Of a stretch of DNA of 47,606 bases, positions 7,532 to 16,026 are shown in pieces (positions within the stretch are counted from its first letter, which is position 1; each line of letters opens with the position of its first letter). The DNA is from a virus. The stretch is from positions 1 to 47,606 of the IMG/VR virus record IMGVR_UViG_3300044445_000049; one strand, written 5' to 3'. Both the position numbers and the translations under genes were made by a program. Under the pieces are notes generated by a model. That model was not told the DNA's origin, searched no databases, and saw only the letters and a list, made by a program, of their open reading frames with translations.

Positions 7532-7704
7532 GGCGAAGCCTCCGGGGTGGGGACGGGCGGTAGTTGCCCCGCGGCGGACAGCGCCTCAACGACGTGCGGC
7601 GGGTAGCGCATAACGTCCGGGCGGATGAGGGCGCACGCGGGGCACCCGGGGACGGGCGAGCGCGGGCTCTGCGTGATGTGCGAGTGGTGCGGACGGTCGG
7701 GCAT
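7528..7704 (-). CDS. Hypothetical protein (58 aa, CPAC motif)
   Basis: ATG at 7704 after CAGGAGAC. The stop overlaps the Pol GTG start (GTGA). Confidence 0.5.
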   Translation of the reverse strand: MPDRPHHSHITQSPRSPVPGCPACALIRPDVMRYPPHVVEALSAAGQLPPVPTPEASP

Positions 7705-7727
7705 CGGGTCTCCTGAAACGACGACGA

Positions 7728-7767
7728 GCCCCGCCCCCTCGTGCGCTCTTGAGCGAAGGGGCGGGGC
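7728..7767 (-). terminator. Stem-loop terminator
   Basis: GCCCCGCCCC...GGGGCGGGGC 10-bp stem. The minus-strand tail is TCGTCGTCGTTTC. Confidence 0.55.
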
Positions 7768-7789
7768 AGATGATGGGGCGCGGGACGGG

Positions 7790-8128
7790 CTACTTCGAGC
7801 GGTTCTCCGCGGCGTCGGCGATGACCGTGGCGAGGTTGTACTCGACCCCGGCGTCACGAGCGGCGTCGATGAGGGCGTCGCGCGTGATGGTAGGTGCGTC
7901 CGGGGTGGGCTCCGGCTTCAGCGACTCGAGGCATTCCTCATTGAGGTAGACGGAATAGTCGTTCTCTCGAGTGGCGAAGTAGTCACCGACGATGTCGACC
8001 TTGTCGGCCGGGGCGACGCGCACGAGGTCGCCGACCTTGACTTCGTAGGTGTCGCGACGCTCGCCGGTCGCGGTCGAGCGGTAGAACGGCGCGCTCTTGA
8101 CGCGGTGGGTGGGGGTGAAGTCGGACAT
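7790..8128 (-). CDS. Hypothetical protein (112 aa)
   Basis: SD TAAGGAG before the ATG. MSDFTPTHRVKSAPFYR..VKVGDLVRVAP.. Confidence 0.7.
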   Translation of the reverse strand: MSDFTPTHRVKSAPFYRSTATGERRDTYEVKVGDLVRVAPADKVDIVGDYFATRENDYSVYLNEECLESLKPEPTPDAPTITRDALIDAARDAGVEYNLATVIADAAENRSK

Positions 8129-8137
8129 GGAGGCTCC

Positions 8138-8404
8138 TTAGAGGCCGTGGGTGCGGACGAGGGCGAGGATCGTCTCGACGCTGACGAGGGCGTCGCGGCT
8201 GAGGTCGAACTCCTCGCCGTGGAACCGGACCATGACGTCGCCGTCTTCGTCCGGGCCCGAGACGAACGTGACGACGTCCCCCTCCCGCGGGGCCTCGACG
8301 CCGTGCTCCTGGTCGAGGTAGAAGCGGGCGCCGCCCTGGGAGAAGTAGGGGCGCTCGACGATGAGGAAGCGCTGTGGGCGGTTGGGGGACGTCGCGGTTG
8401 CCAT
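8138..8404 (-). CDS. Hypothetical protein (88 aa)
   Basis: ATG at 8404 after GAAAGG (MATATSPNRPQRFLIVERPYF..). Confidence 0.65.
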   Translation of the reverse strand: MATATSPNRPQRFLIVERPYFSQGGARFYLDQEHGVEAPREGDVVTFVSGPDEDGDVMVRFHGEEFDLSRDALVSVETILALVRTHGL

Positions 8405-8418
8405 GGCTGGCCTTTCGT

Positions 8419-10917
8419 TCAGATGATGGCGTCGAGGTCGGCGCCGTTGATTTCCGTTGCAGAGGAGACCGCCTGGCCGCCCACGGCTGCCCGCGCAATT
8501 TCTGCGTCTTGGTCGCCCTCCTTCACGGCGTCCGTTCGGCGGGCACGGCGGACGCCTTCGAAGGCCACCCCCGAGGCCGTCTTGACCTTGACGAGCTTTC
8601 GCTCCTCGAGGGCGCCGAAGAAGGTGCGCCGGGTCCAGCGCTCGCGCTGCGGGAGGTTCTCCTCGTCGGCCCACTCGAGGTAGGCCTCGAAGAGGGTTTT
8701 GCCCGAGACGCGACCCGCCTCGCCGTCAGCGACGAAGATGCCGGGCAGGAAGCCCGCGAGGGCGTCGGACGTCTCGCGGTACTCCTTCGTGTGAGCGCTG
8801 ACGGTCTCGGGGTCGCGGAGGCCGTGGGCGTACCACTCGATCGCGCCGGCCACGGCCCAGGCGAAAATGCCCTCGGCTTCGGCGAGGAGCTTGTCGCCGA
8901 GACGGCCGTCTCGCTCGTGCGGCGCGAAGAAGCGTTCCCAGGGGATGAACTTGACGCGGCGCCAGAGTCCGTCATCCTGTCCGCGGAACTCGGGCTTGGC
9001 GTTGGTCGCCAGCATGAGGAGGAAGGTGGGGCGGAACTCGAAGAACTCCTTACGCATGAAGCGCGCGGAGATAAGGTCGCGGCCGGTGACGCGCTTGAGT
9101 ACGGCCTCGGCCATGCGCTTGCCCGCCTCGCCCTCCGAGGCCATGACGAGTCGCGCACCCTTGAGAGCTGCGAGGTCGTTGGGGATGCCACCGGAGGGCC
9201 GCTCCTCAAAAGTCGAGAAGGGCGTAGTGGTGGTCAGCTCCCGGAAGACCTCCGTGAGCGTGTCCGTGAAGACCGACTTGCCGTTAGCTCCGCCGCCCCA
9301 GTGGACCGCGAAGCACTGCTCGGCCGTCGAGCCGGTGATGCCGTACCCGACGAGACGCCGCATGTAGGCGGGGAGGTCGGGGTAGGCGGGGAAGACCTCG
9401 TCGAGGAACGCCTCCCAGCGCGGCGCGGTCGCGCGGGGGTTGTAGTCGAGCTCGACGCGGCGGGTGAGGAGAAGGTTGGGGTCGTGCGGCCGTAGTTCGC
9501 CCGTCTTGAGGTTGACGACGCCGTTGCGGCACGCGAGGAGTTCGGGGTGCTTGTCGAAGTCCTCGAGCGAGGCGGGGACGCCCCGGACGGCTTGCAGCTC
9601 GCGGAGCATGGAGTCGATGCCGCGGGTGGTCTGGACGTGCTGCGAGTAGCGCTGGAACCGCCCGGCGCGCTTCTTGTTGCGCTCGCGCTCCTCCTCGGTC
9701 GCCCCCTCGGTCGCGGCCTTGGACGCCTCGAGGGCCAGCTTCTTGACGATGTCGGCGACCTCTTGCGCGTGCGTGCGCGTGGCCTGTCGGTCGTCCTTAC
9801 GCCAGACGCCGGAGTCCAGGAGGAGGAAGCCGACCTCTTCGGTGTACTTGACGCCGGAGCCGATGCTCTCGACGTAGTCGCGGAGGTAGCGGGCGCCGCC
9901 GAGGTCGGAGAGGGCGTAGACGCGCTCGTCCCAGGCGAGGAGCGAAGCCTCGCGAGAGGCGACGGGGCGGGCATCCGAGATAGCCCGGATGACGTCGCGA
10001 GCGAAGCCGGGGCCGCTCTGGGCGCGCCAGTCGGTCAGGTCGAGGCCGTCGGCCAGGTCGAGCACGCGCACGCGGACACCTCTAGCAACGAGGCCCTCGG
10101 CCAGGGTCGCCGAGAAGCGTCGGCCGGCGGGGTCGCCGTCACCCGCGACGATGGCCTCACGGTCGCCGAGCCATCCGGCCACCTCGTCGACAATCGCGGG
10201 GTTGCCCGCGTGCGAGGCCCCGGCGATGCCGATGGTGTCGTAGCCGAGAGCGGCGCCGGTCAGAGCGTCGCCCGGGCCCTCACAGATGAGCACCTCGGGC
10301 CAGCCGGAGGAGCCGGGGAAGAAGCCCGTCTTGGCCCACGAGCCGCCCTCGGGCGACTTGGGACCGAGCCAGCGGACGGCCGCGTCAGCCTCGAGCGCAC
10401 GGGCCTGGAAGTTGCGAGCGACGCCGTCGGGATCGCGGAACGGGACGACGAGGCGAGGGCCGCCACCGATGTCGTCGACGTAGCCGAGGCCAAGACGCTC
10501 GAGGTCGGCTGTCGTGAGTCCGAAGCGGTCGACGGCGTAGCGCGCGGCTTCGTAGAGGGACTCGGGGACGGACTCGGGGTCATGCGGGCCAGTCAGGGCC
10601 TCGGCGTACCCGTCGAGACGCACGGCAAGTTCCGCGATGGCGGCCGGTGTAGCCGGGAGTGCCACGGATGCCTTCTTCGTCGCCGGGATCGAGTCGTCGA
10701 CACGCATGCGGGCGAGGTCGCGCATGGTCATGCCGACCTTCTCGACGACGGCCGGGGTCTGGCATCCGGCGCGGCACTTGAGGAGGACGTTGCCGGTCGT
10801 GCCGATCGTGACGCGGAGGGAGTTGTGGGAGTCGGCGTGAGCGGGGCACGGGGCGAGGTAGCCGTCGGCGGTCTCCTCGACGCCGTCGAACTTGGAGAGG
10901 AAGTCGGTGAGGGTCAT
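8419..10917 (-). CDS. Bifunctional DNA primase / P4-D5-type helicase (832 aa)
   Basis: N-terminal zinc finger CPAHADSHNSLRV..CRAGC, Toprim region (EGPGDAL, DGDPAG), Walker A GGGANGKS. Confidence 0.9.
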   Translation of the reverse strand: MTLTDFLSKFDGVEETADGYLAPCPAHADSHNSLRVTIGTTGNVLLKCRAGCQTPAVVEKVGMTMRDLARMRVDDSIPATKKASVALPATPAAIAELAVRLDGYAEALTGPHDPESVPESLYEAARYAVDRFGLTTADLERLGLGYVDDIGGGPRLVVPFRDPDGVARNFQARALEADAAVRWLGPKSPEGGSWAKTGFFPGSSGWPEVLICEGPGDALTGAALGYDTIGIAGASHAGNPAIVDEVAGWLGDREAIVAGDGDPAGRRFSATLAEGLVARGVRVRVLDLADGLDLTDWRAQSGPGFARDVIRAISDARPVASREASLLAWDERVYALSDLGGARYLRDYVESIGSGVKYTEEVGFLLLDSGVWRKDDRQATRTHAQEVADIVKKLALEASKAATEGATEEERERNKKRAGRFQRYSQHVQTTRGIDSMLRELQAVRGVPASLEDFDKHPELLACRNGVVNLKTGELRPHDPNLLLTRRVELDYNPRATAPRWEAFLDEVFPAYPDLPAYMRRLVGYGITGSTAEQCFAVHWGGGANGKSVFTDTLTEVFRELTTTTPFSTFEERPSGGIPNDLAALKGARLVMASEGEAGKRMAEAVLKRVTGRDLISARFMRKEFFEFRPTFLLMLATNAKPEFRGQDDGLWRRVKFIPWERFFAPHERDGRLGDKLLAEAEGIFAWAVAGAIEWYAHGLRDPETVSAHTKEYRETSDALAGFLPGIFVADGEAGRVSGKTLFEAYLEWADEENLPQRERWTRRTFFGALEERKLVKVKTASGVAFEGVRRARRTDAVKEGDQDAEIARAAVGGQAVSSATEINGADLDAII
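8462..8491 (-). promoter_or_regulatory. Class II promoter-like motif (copy 2), embedded in the last 25 codons of the primase-helicase gene
   Basis: Minus strand: GGGCAGC-CGTGGGCGGCCA-GGCGGTCTCCTCTGC. Confidence 0.55.
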
Positions 10918-10947
10918 GGGGCTCCAATGGGAGGGACGGAGGACGAA

Positions 10948-10977
10948 GAGGAGACCGCCTGGGCGGCCGAGAGCGCC
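10948..10977 (-). promoter_or_regulatory. Class II promoter-like motif (copy 3), upstream of the primase-helicase gene
   Basis: Minus strand: AGGCGCT-CTCGGCCGCCCA-GGCGGTCTCCTCTTC. The -35 half is weaker than in other copies. Confidence 0.5.
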
Positions 10978-11360
10978 TACGTGCGGAGCTGCTGCTCGAG
11001 GACGAGAAGGTCGCCCTCGGCTTGCTCGAGGCGGAGGAGGACGTCGGCGAACGTCGAGAGCGGCATGACGGCGTAGACGTCGGCGACGCTCTTGCGGGGG
11101 CGTTTGATGAAGGCGACGGGCAGACGATCCGCGCCGACGCGCTTGGCCTGGACTACCGCCCCGTCGACGCCGTCGCGGAGAGCCGTGGCGAGGTCGCGGT
11201 AGTTCTTCGCCTGGCCGACGAAGGGGTCGATGCCGTGGACGTCGCCGACGTCGAGGGCGCCGGTCTGGGCGACCCGGCGGGCGGGGATGCCGCGTTCATT
11301 TAGATAGCGGACGATCGCGCTCTCGTGCGCGGTGCCTTTCCGCTTAGCCGCGCTCGACAC
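10977..11360 (-). CDS. Holliday-junction resolvase-like PD-(D/E)XK nuclease (127 aa)
   Basis: SSAAKRKGTAHESAIVRYLNERG...DVGDVHG...GQAKN. GTG at 11360 after GGAGG. Confidence 0.65.
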   Translation of the reverse strand: MSSAAKRKGTAHESAIVRYLNERGIPARRVAQTGALDVGDVHGIDPFVGQAKNYRDLATALRDGVDGAVVQAKRVGADRLPVAFIKRPRKSVADVYAVMPLSTFADVLLRLEQAEGDLLVLEQQLRT

Positions 11361-11736
11361 GGAAGGCCTCCCACTTGCCGGGCTTGGTGCGCCGGGTGCT
11401 TCGTCCCGGGACGGTGATGGCGAGCGTCGTTGCAGGGGCGACGCTCGCGGGGATGAGGTAGTCCCCGGTCGGCGTACTCACGTAAAGGAGGTCGTAGTCC
11501 GTCCAACGGAGCTTGGTGACCGTGTTGTAGACGTGGCCGCGCTCGGAGACCGTTACGGAGTCGACGCGCTTGACCTCCACGCGACGGAGGCCGTCGGGGG
11601 TGTCGACGATGAAGTCGTAGGCGGTGTGCCCGTCGAGGCCTCGGTAGACGTCCCAGCCTTGGCGAGCGGCGTAGGTGATGAAGTGCCCTTCGCCGACCAT
11701 GCCGACGTGATGCGACGCTCGAGGGTCGGCGCTCAC
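11344..11736 (-). CDS. PD-(D/E)XK-type endonuclease-like protein (130 aa)
   Basis: GTGA-coupled start at 11736. ..YDFIVDTPDGLRRVEVKRV.. (D...E.K signature). Confidence 0.55.
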   Translation of the reverse strand: MSADPRASHHVGMVGEGHFITYAARQGWDVYRGLDGHTAYDFIVDTPDGLRRVEVKRVDSVTVSERGHVYNTVTKLRWTDYDLLYVSTPTGDYLIPASVAPATTLAITVPGRSTRRTKPGKWEAFRVERG

Positions 11737-11927
11737 GGTCTCAGCTCCCAGTGGCCGAGGACGGTCTCGTCGTGGATGGGCCCGGCCGCCGTCACGACGA
11801 CGGGCCGGTCGCTGTCGCGGATCGTGCCGTCCGCCATGAAGTAGAGGCGGCCGATGGTGCGCGCGATGCCCTCGTCGAGGGGGAGGTGCGCGGGCAGGTC
11901 GAGAGTGACGCGAACGGTGGCGGTCAC
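11733..11927 (-). CDS. Hypothetical protein (64 aa)
   Basis: GTGA-coupled to nrdH. High GC3. Confidence 0.55.
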   Translation of the reverse strand: MTATVRVTLDLPAHLPLDEGIARTIGRLYFMADGTIRDSDRPVVVTAAGPIHDETVLGHWELRP

Positions 11928-12190
11928 GCGGCGGCCTTGATCTTGTCGGGGATGAAGCCCGCCCAGGCGTCCACCTCGAGGCCGGCGTCATCGTGAAGGG
12001 TGACGATCGGCGCCGACAGGAGGGGCGCGGGTCGCTCACGGAAGGCTTCGAGGAGCCCGGCGTTCTCGGGGAGGTCGATGCCTTCGTAGACCTCGACGTC
12101 GACGCCGGGCAGCTTCATTGCCTCGCGGACGGTGAGGTCGCACTGAGCGCACGGCGAGAGGGTCTTCGTGTAGATGCGGAGGGTAGCCAT
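11924..12190 (-). CDS. nrdH: NrdH-like glutaredoxin
   Basis: MATLRIYTKTLSPCAQCDLT.. (CxxC redox motif in a thioredoxin-fold context). Confidence 0.8.
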   Translation of the reverse strand: MATLRIYTKTLSPCAQCDLTVREAMKLPGVDVEVYEGIDLPENAGLLEAFRERPAPLLSAPIVTLHDDAGLEVDAWAGFIPDKIKAAA

Positions 12191-12209
12191 GACGGCCTTT
12201 CAGACAGAA

Positions 12210-12244
12210 GGCCCCCGCCCATGCGCGAGGCGTGGACGGGGGCC
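12210..12244 (-). terminator. Stem-loop terminator
   Basis: GGCCCCCG...CGGGGGCC stem. The minus-strand tail is TTCTGTCTG. Confidence 0.55.
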
Positions 12245-12255
12245 AGGGGAGAGGG

Positions 12256-12522
12256 TTACTTGTTGAGGCGGTTGAGCGCGCCGAGCACGAGCCAGATGCC
12301 CGCGAAACTCGCCACGGTGGAGAGGAAGACTCCCCAGCCGGTCAGGCCTAGGAGGGCCGGGAAGACGAGGATGCCGAGCGCGAGCGGGATGCCGACGTAG
12401 ACGCCGAGGGCGACGATGACGGCCAGGATCGCGAAGAGGATGGCGGCGAAGACGAGGCCGCCCTCGGCGGCCCGCTTTCGGGGCGGGTTCAGCGCGACGA
12501 GCTTCGCGGCGACCGTGCTCAC
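12256..12522 (-). CDS. Membrane protein (88 aa, 2-3 TM helices)
   Basis: GTGA-coupled start at 12522. GGLVFAAILFAILAVIVALGVYVGIPLALGILVFPALLGL.. Confidence 0.6.
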   Translation of the reverse strand: MSTVAAKLVALNPPRKRAAEGGLVFAAILFAILAVIVALGVYVGIPLALGILVFPALLGLTGWGVFLSTVASFAGIWLVLGALNRLNK

Positions 12523-13220
12523 GCGGCGCCCTTGAGGACGAGCTCGCTCTTGGTGTAGCTGACGGTCTTGCCCTTCATCGGGCCGTTCTTGGCGACGAAG
12601 GAGACGGGCTCGAGCTTGAGGACGGCCTTGACGGGGCCCTCGGCGGCCTCGAGTTCGTCGACGACGCCGTTGTAGGCGAGGTCCGAGGCGAAGCCCCACG
12701 AGCCGGTCTTGAACTTGAAGATTCCGAGGTCGGGCTCGTCGGCGAGGCGGAAGTAGAGGTCGATGTCCGGGATGGCCCCGGTCTCCTTCTTGGCCTTGCG
12801 CTCGGCGAAGGTCAGCTCGGCGTCCGGGTCGGCCTCTTCGGTGGGGTTGCCCTGGTCGTCGAGGATGTTGGCGCCGTCGCTGACGTAGATCGGCTTACCG
12901 GAGCGGCCCCAGAGCACCATGCGCTGACGGAGCGCCTTGGCGTCGGCGATGATGATGGGCACCTCGTTGGAGGCCGTGAAGACCTCGAGGTTGTCCTCAC
13001 CCTTGGCGGCCCACTCCTGGGGCTCGTCGCCGCCGAGGAGTTCGTGGATGACCTTGGCGACGTCGGGGTCGCCGGTCGTCACGCGCCACTCGTTGAGCGA
13101 GGCGGGGCGGTCGTTGATGGTGTGGCCGGAGCGGAAGCGCCCGACGATGTCATCGGCGAAGCGCTCGCGGGGCTTCGGCTGCGTCTCGGGGTCGGTGCCC
13201 CAGATTTTCAGTCCTGCCAT
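12519..13220 (-). CDS. Hypothetical protein (233 aa). Weak candidate recombination directionality factor of the phiC31 gp3 type.
   Basis: ATG at 13220 (MAGLKIWGTDPETQPKPRERFADDIVGRFRSGH..EWRVTTGDPDVA..). The functional guess rests only on size, position and a recollected resemblance. Confidence 0.7.
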   Translation of the reverse strand: MAGLKIWGTDPETQPKPRERFADDIVGRFRSGHTINDRPASLNEWRVTTGDPDVAKVIHELLGGDEPQEWAAKGEDNLEVFTASNEVPIIIADAKALRQRMVLWGRSGKPIYVSDGANILDDQGNPTEEADPDAELTFAERKAKKETGAIPDIDLYFRLADEPDLGIFKFKTGSWGFASDLAYNGVVDELEAAEGPVKAVLKLEPVSFVAKNGPMKGKTVSYTKSELVLKGAA

Positions 13221-13278
13221 GTTGTCTGTCTCTTCTCTGCGTTTCGATGCCCCGGGTGAGGGGCGCGATTGGGACACA

Positions 13279-13308
13279 GAGGAGACCGCCTGGGGGTGGC
13301 GGGCTGCC
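13279..13308 (-). promoter_or_regulatory. Class II promoter-like motif (copy 4)
   Basis: Minus strand: GGGCAGC-CCGCCACCCCCA-GGCGGTCTCCTCTGTGTCCCA. Confidence 0.6.
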
Positions 13309-13321
13309 CATAACACACGAA

Positions 13322-13352
13322 GGCCCCCTCCCGCAAGTTGCGAGAGAGGGCC
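13322..13352 (-). terminator. Stem-loop terminator
   Basis: Minus strand: GGCCCTCTCTCGCAA-CTT-GCGGGAGGGGGCC followed by TTCGTGTGTT. Confidence 0.6.
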
Positions 13353-13358
13353 AGGGTG

Positions 13359-13451
13359 TTAGACGTCGTAGACGTCCAGGCGGTCACGGAGGTCGAGGAG
13401 CTTCGGGTCGCGAGGCTCGTAGGCCTCCTCGAGGTCGTCGAGAGAGATCAC
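13359..13451 (-). CDS. Possible 30-aa micro-ORF
   Basis: GTGA-coupled to 13448-13768. MISLDDLEEAYEPRDPKLLDLRDRLDVYDV. High GC3. Below the ORF-track size cut-off. Confidence 0.35.
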   Translation of the reverse strand: MISLDDLEEAYEPRDPKLLDLRDRLDVYDV

Positions 13452-13768
13452 TCGGGGATGACGACGCCGTCGGGCGTCTTGATGGGGCCGTAAGCCGCTC
13501 GGATGGAGGCGAGGTCTCGGTATGCGTCGGAGTCGACGTCACCCGCCATTGCGTAGGAGCCGTTCGGGCGGAGAGTCCAGGTGTCGTCGTCGCTGTCCAC
13601 GACGACCGCGGGCTTGGACGGGTCCGGGGCACCGGAAGCCGCGAGCACGGGCTCGAGCTCCGCGGCGACCTCGGAGGCGTCGCGGGCGATGAGCGCGTCG
13701 ACGAGGGTACGGACGGCCGACTCTGGAAGAGAGGCGACCGCGGCGCGGAGGATGATGGGAGAGGTCAT
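13448..13768 (-). CDS. Hypothetical protein, paralogue family member (C-terminal VVxDxDxDxW..YGP module)
   Basis: ATGA-coupled. ..KPAVVVDSDDDTWTLRPNGSY...AAYGPIKTP. Confidence 0.7.
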   Translation of the reverse strand: MTSPIILRAAVASLPESAVRTLVDALIARDASEVAAELEPVLAASGAPDPSKPAVVVDSDDDTWTLRPNGSYAMAGDVDSDAYRDLASIRAAYGPIKTPDGVVIPE

Positions 13769-14343
13769 GCGGGGGCTCCTTCGAGGGTCTTGAGCGGGCC
13801 GTACTGACGACGCACGTAGTCGAGCGTCTCGCCGTTGCCGTCCGCGAGAGACGCTGCGTCATCGTCCATGACCCACGTCCCGTCTACGGCGAGGGTCCAC
13901 TTGTCGTCGTCCTTGTCGACGACGACCGTCGGGGCGGCGGGCTTCGGGACGAGCGGGGTGAGCGCGCCGAGGTGACCGGCCTTTGCGGCGATGTCGGCGT
14001 CGATGAGCAGCCCCCCGCGCATGACCTCGAACCACGAACCGCGGGTCGTGAGGAGGTAGGCGGCGTAGTCCTGCGAGAGGGGGAACTTCTCGCTCTCGTA
14101 GAGGCCCGGAGCCGTCGGGAGGGGCGGCTTGCCGCGCTCGACGACCTCGAGCGTCCAGCCGTAGCGGGTGACGTAGGCCTCGATGCGGGGTCCCCGGCCT
14201 TCGAGGTCCGTCGCGTCCGCGGTATAGACGTGCTGGACGAAGAGGAGGCCACGAGAGTCGCGCTTCACGCGACCCTGGACGATTTCGTCGCCCTTGGTCA
14301 GCTTGACGAGGTCGCCGACGATGATGTCGTCGAGGGGGCTCAC
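13765..14343 (-). CDS. Hypothetical protein, paralogue family member (192 aa)
   Basis: GTG at 14343 after GAGGAGGG. IVGDLVKLTKGDEIVQGRV.., PPLPTAPGLY.., TVVVDKDDDKWTLAVDGTW..YGPLKT. Confidence 0.7.
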   Translation of the reverse strand: MSPLDDIIVGDLVKLTKGDEIVQGRVKRDSRGLLFVQHVYTADATDLEGRGPRIEAYVTRYGWTLEVVERGKPPLPTAPGLYESEKFPLSQDYAAYLLTTRGSWFEVMRGGLLIDADIAAKAGHLGALTPLVPKPAAPTVVVDKDDDKWTLAVDGTWVMDDDAASLADGNGETLDYVRRQYGPLKTLEGAPA

Positions 14344-14903
14344 GCGCGGCCCTCCTCGACGAAGGAGAGCGGGCCCCACACCTCACGGAGGGCGGTGAGG
14401 CTGGCCTTCGGCGTGAGACCGGGGCTGGTGTAGGTCCCGTCGAGCTGACGCTTCCAGGTGTCTCCGTCCCGGTCCTTCACGACGGCGGGCTCGGTCGCGG
14501 CGGCGGGGGCCGGGACGACCCGGGTGAAGGGGCCGTAGGCGCGCTCGGCGTACTCGGGCGTGAAATTCCCGCCGTCCCACGCGACCCACGGCGCGGCGAC
14601 GCGCATGACGGTCCCGCGACGGCCCATGAGGAGCCACGGCTTGCCGTTCTTGTCCGTGTAATGGCCCGGCGCGGTCGGCGTCGGGGGCTTCGGGGTGATC
14701 TTCTCGACGGTGTAGCCAGAGTCGAAGAAGGAGGCGAGGCGGGGCGCCCCGACGCGAGTGCGCCCGATGTCGAGGACGCGGACGCCGTCGTACTTCACGA
14801 CCTTCGCGCGGAGGACGTTGGTGCCCTTCGTCAGGACGACCTCGTCGCCCTCAGCGATGGCGATGATGTCGGTGATGATGGTGCGGGTCTCGTTGGCGGT
14901 CAT
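14340..14903 (-). CDS. Hypothetical protein, paralogue family member (187 aa)
   Basis: ATGA-coupled start at 14903. IAEGDEVVLTKGTNVLRAKV.., PPTPTAPGHY.., AVVKDRDGDTWKRQLDGTY..WGPLSF. Confidence 0.7.
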   Translation of the reverse strand: MTANETRTIITDIIAIAEGDEVVLTKGTNVLRAKVVKYDGVRVLDIGRTRVGAPRLASFFDSGYTVEKITPKPPTPTAPGHYTDKNGKPWLLMGRRGTVMRVAAPWVAWDGGNFTPEYAERAYGPFTRVVPAPAAATEPAVVKDRDGDTWKRQLDGTYTSPGLTPKASLTALREVWGPLSFVEEGRA

Positions 14904-15169
14904 GCTGCGGCCTTTCCGGTGCGCGGGGCGGGAGTGGAGGTGGTGAAGCGGGAGAGGAGGGCGGTGCGGTGGACGGAGACGGGAGCGACGGCACCCTCGA
15001 AGTCCACGAGGAGGCGGCCACCAGGGAGGGTCGTCTTGACCTTCCCGTGACGCTTCGGGTCGGCGACGTCGGCGACGAGCGAGCCCGCGGCGAGCGTCTT
15101 CGGCGGCTCGGGGTAGAGGTGGACGGGGCCCAGAGCGCGCGGCTTGCGGGGCGTGGTGGGTTCGGTCAT
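14900..15169 (-). CDS. Hypothetical protein (89 aa)
   Basis: SD GAGGAG before the ATG at 15169. Confidence 0.65.
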   Translation of the reverse strand: MTEPTTPRKPRALGPVHLYPEPPKTLAAGSLVADVADPKRHGKVKTTLPGGRLLVDFEGAVAPVSVHRTALLSRFTTSTPAPRTGKAAA

Positions 15170-15172
15170 GGG

Positions 15173-15391
15173 TTACTCCTCGATCAGGGCGACGTGGGCG
15201 GCGAGCTTGGCGGTGAGGTGGTCGAGCGAGTCCGCGCGAACGACGATGCGGGCGAGCTCCTCGACCTTTCGGTCGACGGCCGGGCGGGCGGGGGTCTCGA
15301 TACGGCGGGCGGCATCCCACTCGCGACCTCGGGCCTCCTGGCCGGGCTCAACCTTCGTGACCTCGAGGACGGCGGTGAAACGAACGGTCAT
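15173..15391 (-). CDS. Hypothetical protein (72 aa)
   Basis: ATGA-coupled to the RNA ligase gene. Confidence 0.6.
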   Translation of the reverse strand: MTVRFTAVLEVTKVEPGQEARGREWDAARRIETPARPAVDRKVEELARIVVRADSLDHLTAKLAAHVALIEE

Positions 15392-16026
15392 GCGGAGGTT
15401 CCCTTCGGGAAGTCATCGCCCTCGAGGAGGGCCTTGAAGGACATGCGGGCGGCGGTGTGCCAGGCGATGAGGCCCTCGGGACGGTCGAAGCCGGGAGCTG
15501 CGATCGAGCCGTGTTCGCGGAGGTACTCGACCGCCTCGGCCGCTTGCTCGAGCCGGGAGAAGGGCAGGATGGGAACGGCCCCGAGACCCGGGACGGCGGA
15601 GAGGTCTTCTAGGCCCCAGCGGGCGGCGTTGAAGAGTGAGAAGCGCTTCTCCCCGCCAGTCAGGCCGTAGCCGCGCTGAATACCGGAGCCCCACCACTCG
15701 CCGAAGTGGCGGCCGGGGCCGAGCGTTGCGACGAGGGTCTTGGCGTTCTCCACGACGAAGCGCGCGAAGCCCGCGTTGTCGGCGGTCGGCGTGATGAAGC
15801 GGTTGCGGCTCTGCGCGAGGACGACGAAGCCGTCAACGACGGCGATGATCCGCTCAGCGTCCCCCGAGAAGAACTCGACGGGGCGGCCCTCGGTCTCGAT
15901 GCGGTCGAGTGCCTCGAGGGGCAGGACGACGACGGCGGCGTTGGTGCCGTCGATCTTCTCCGTGAAGACGACGTGGCGGTTGAGGCGGGGCGTCTTCGGC
16001 CAGGCCTCGAAGGGGACAGCGGTCAC
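15388..16026 (-). CDS. RNA ligase-family nucleotidyltransferase
   Basis: Motif I VFTEKIDGTN (KxDG). Size and layout fit Rnl2/DRB0094-type ligases. Confidence 0.75.
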   Translation of the reverse strand: MTAVPFEAWPKTPRLNRHVVFTEKIDGTNAAVVVLPLEALDRIETEGRPVEFFSGDAERIIAVVDGFVVLAQSRNRFITPTADNAGFARFVVENAKTLVATLGPGRHFGEWWGSGIQRGYGLTGGEKRFSLFNAARWGLEDLSAVPGLGAVPILPFSRLEQAAEAVEYLREHGSIAAPGFDRPEGLIAWHTAARMSFKALLEGDDFPKGTSA

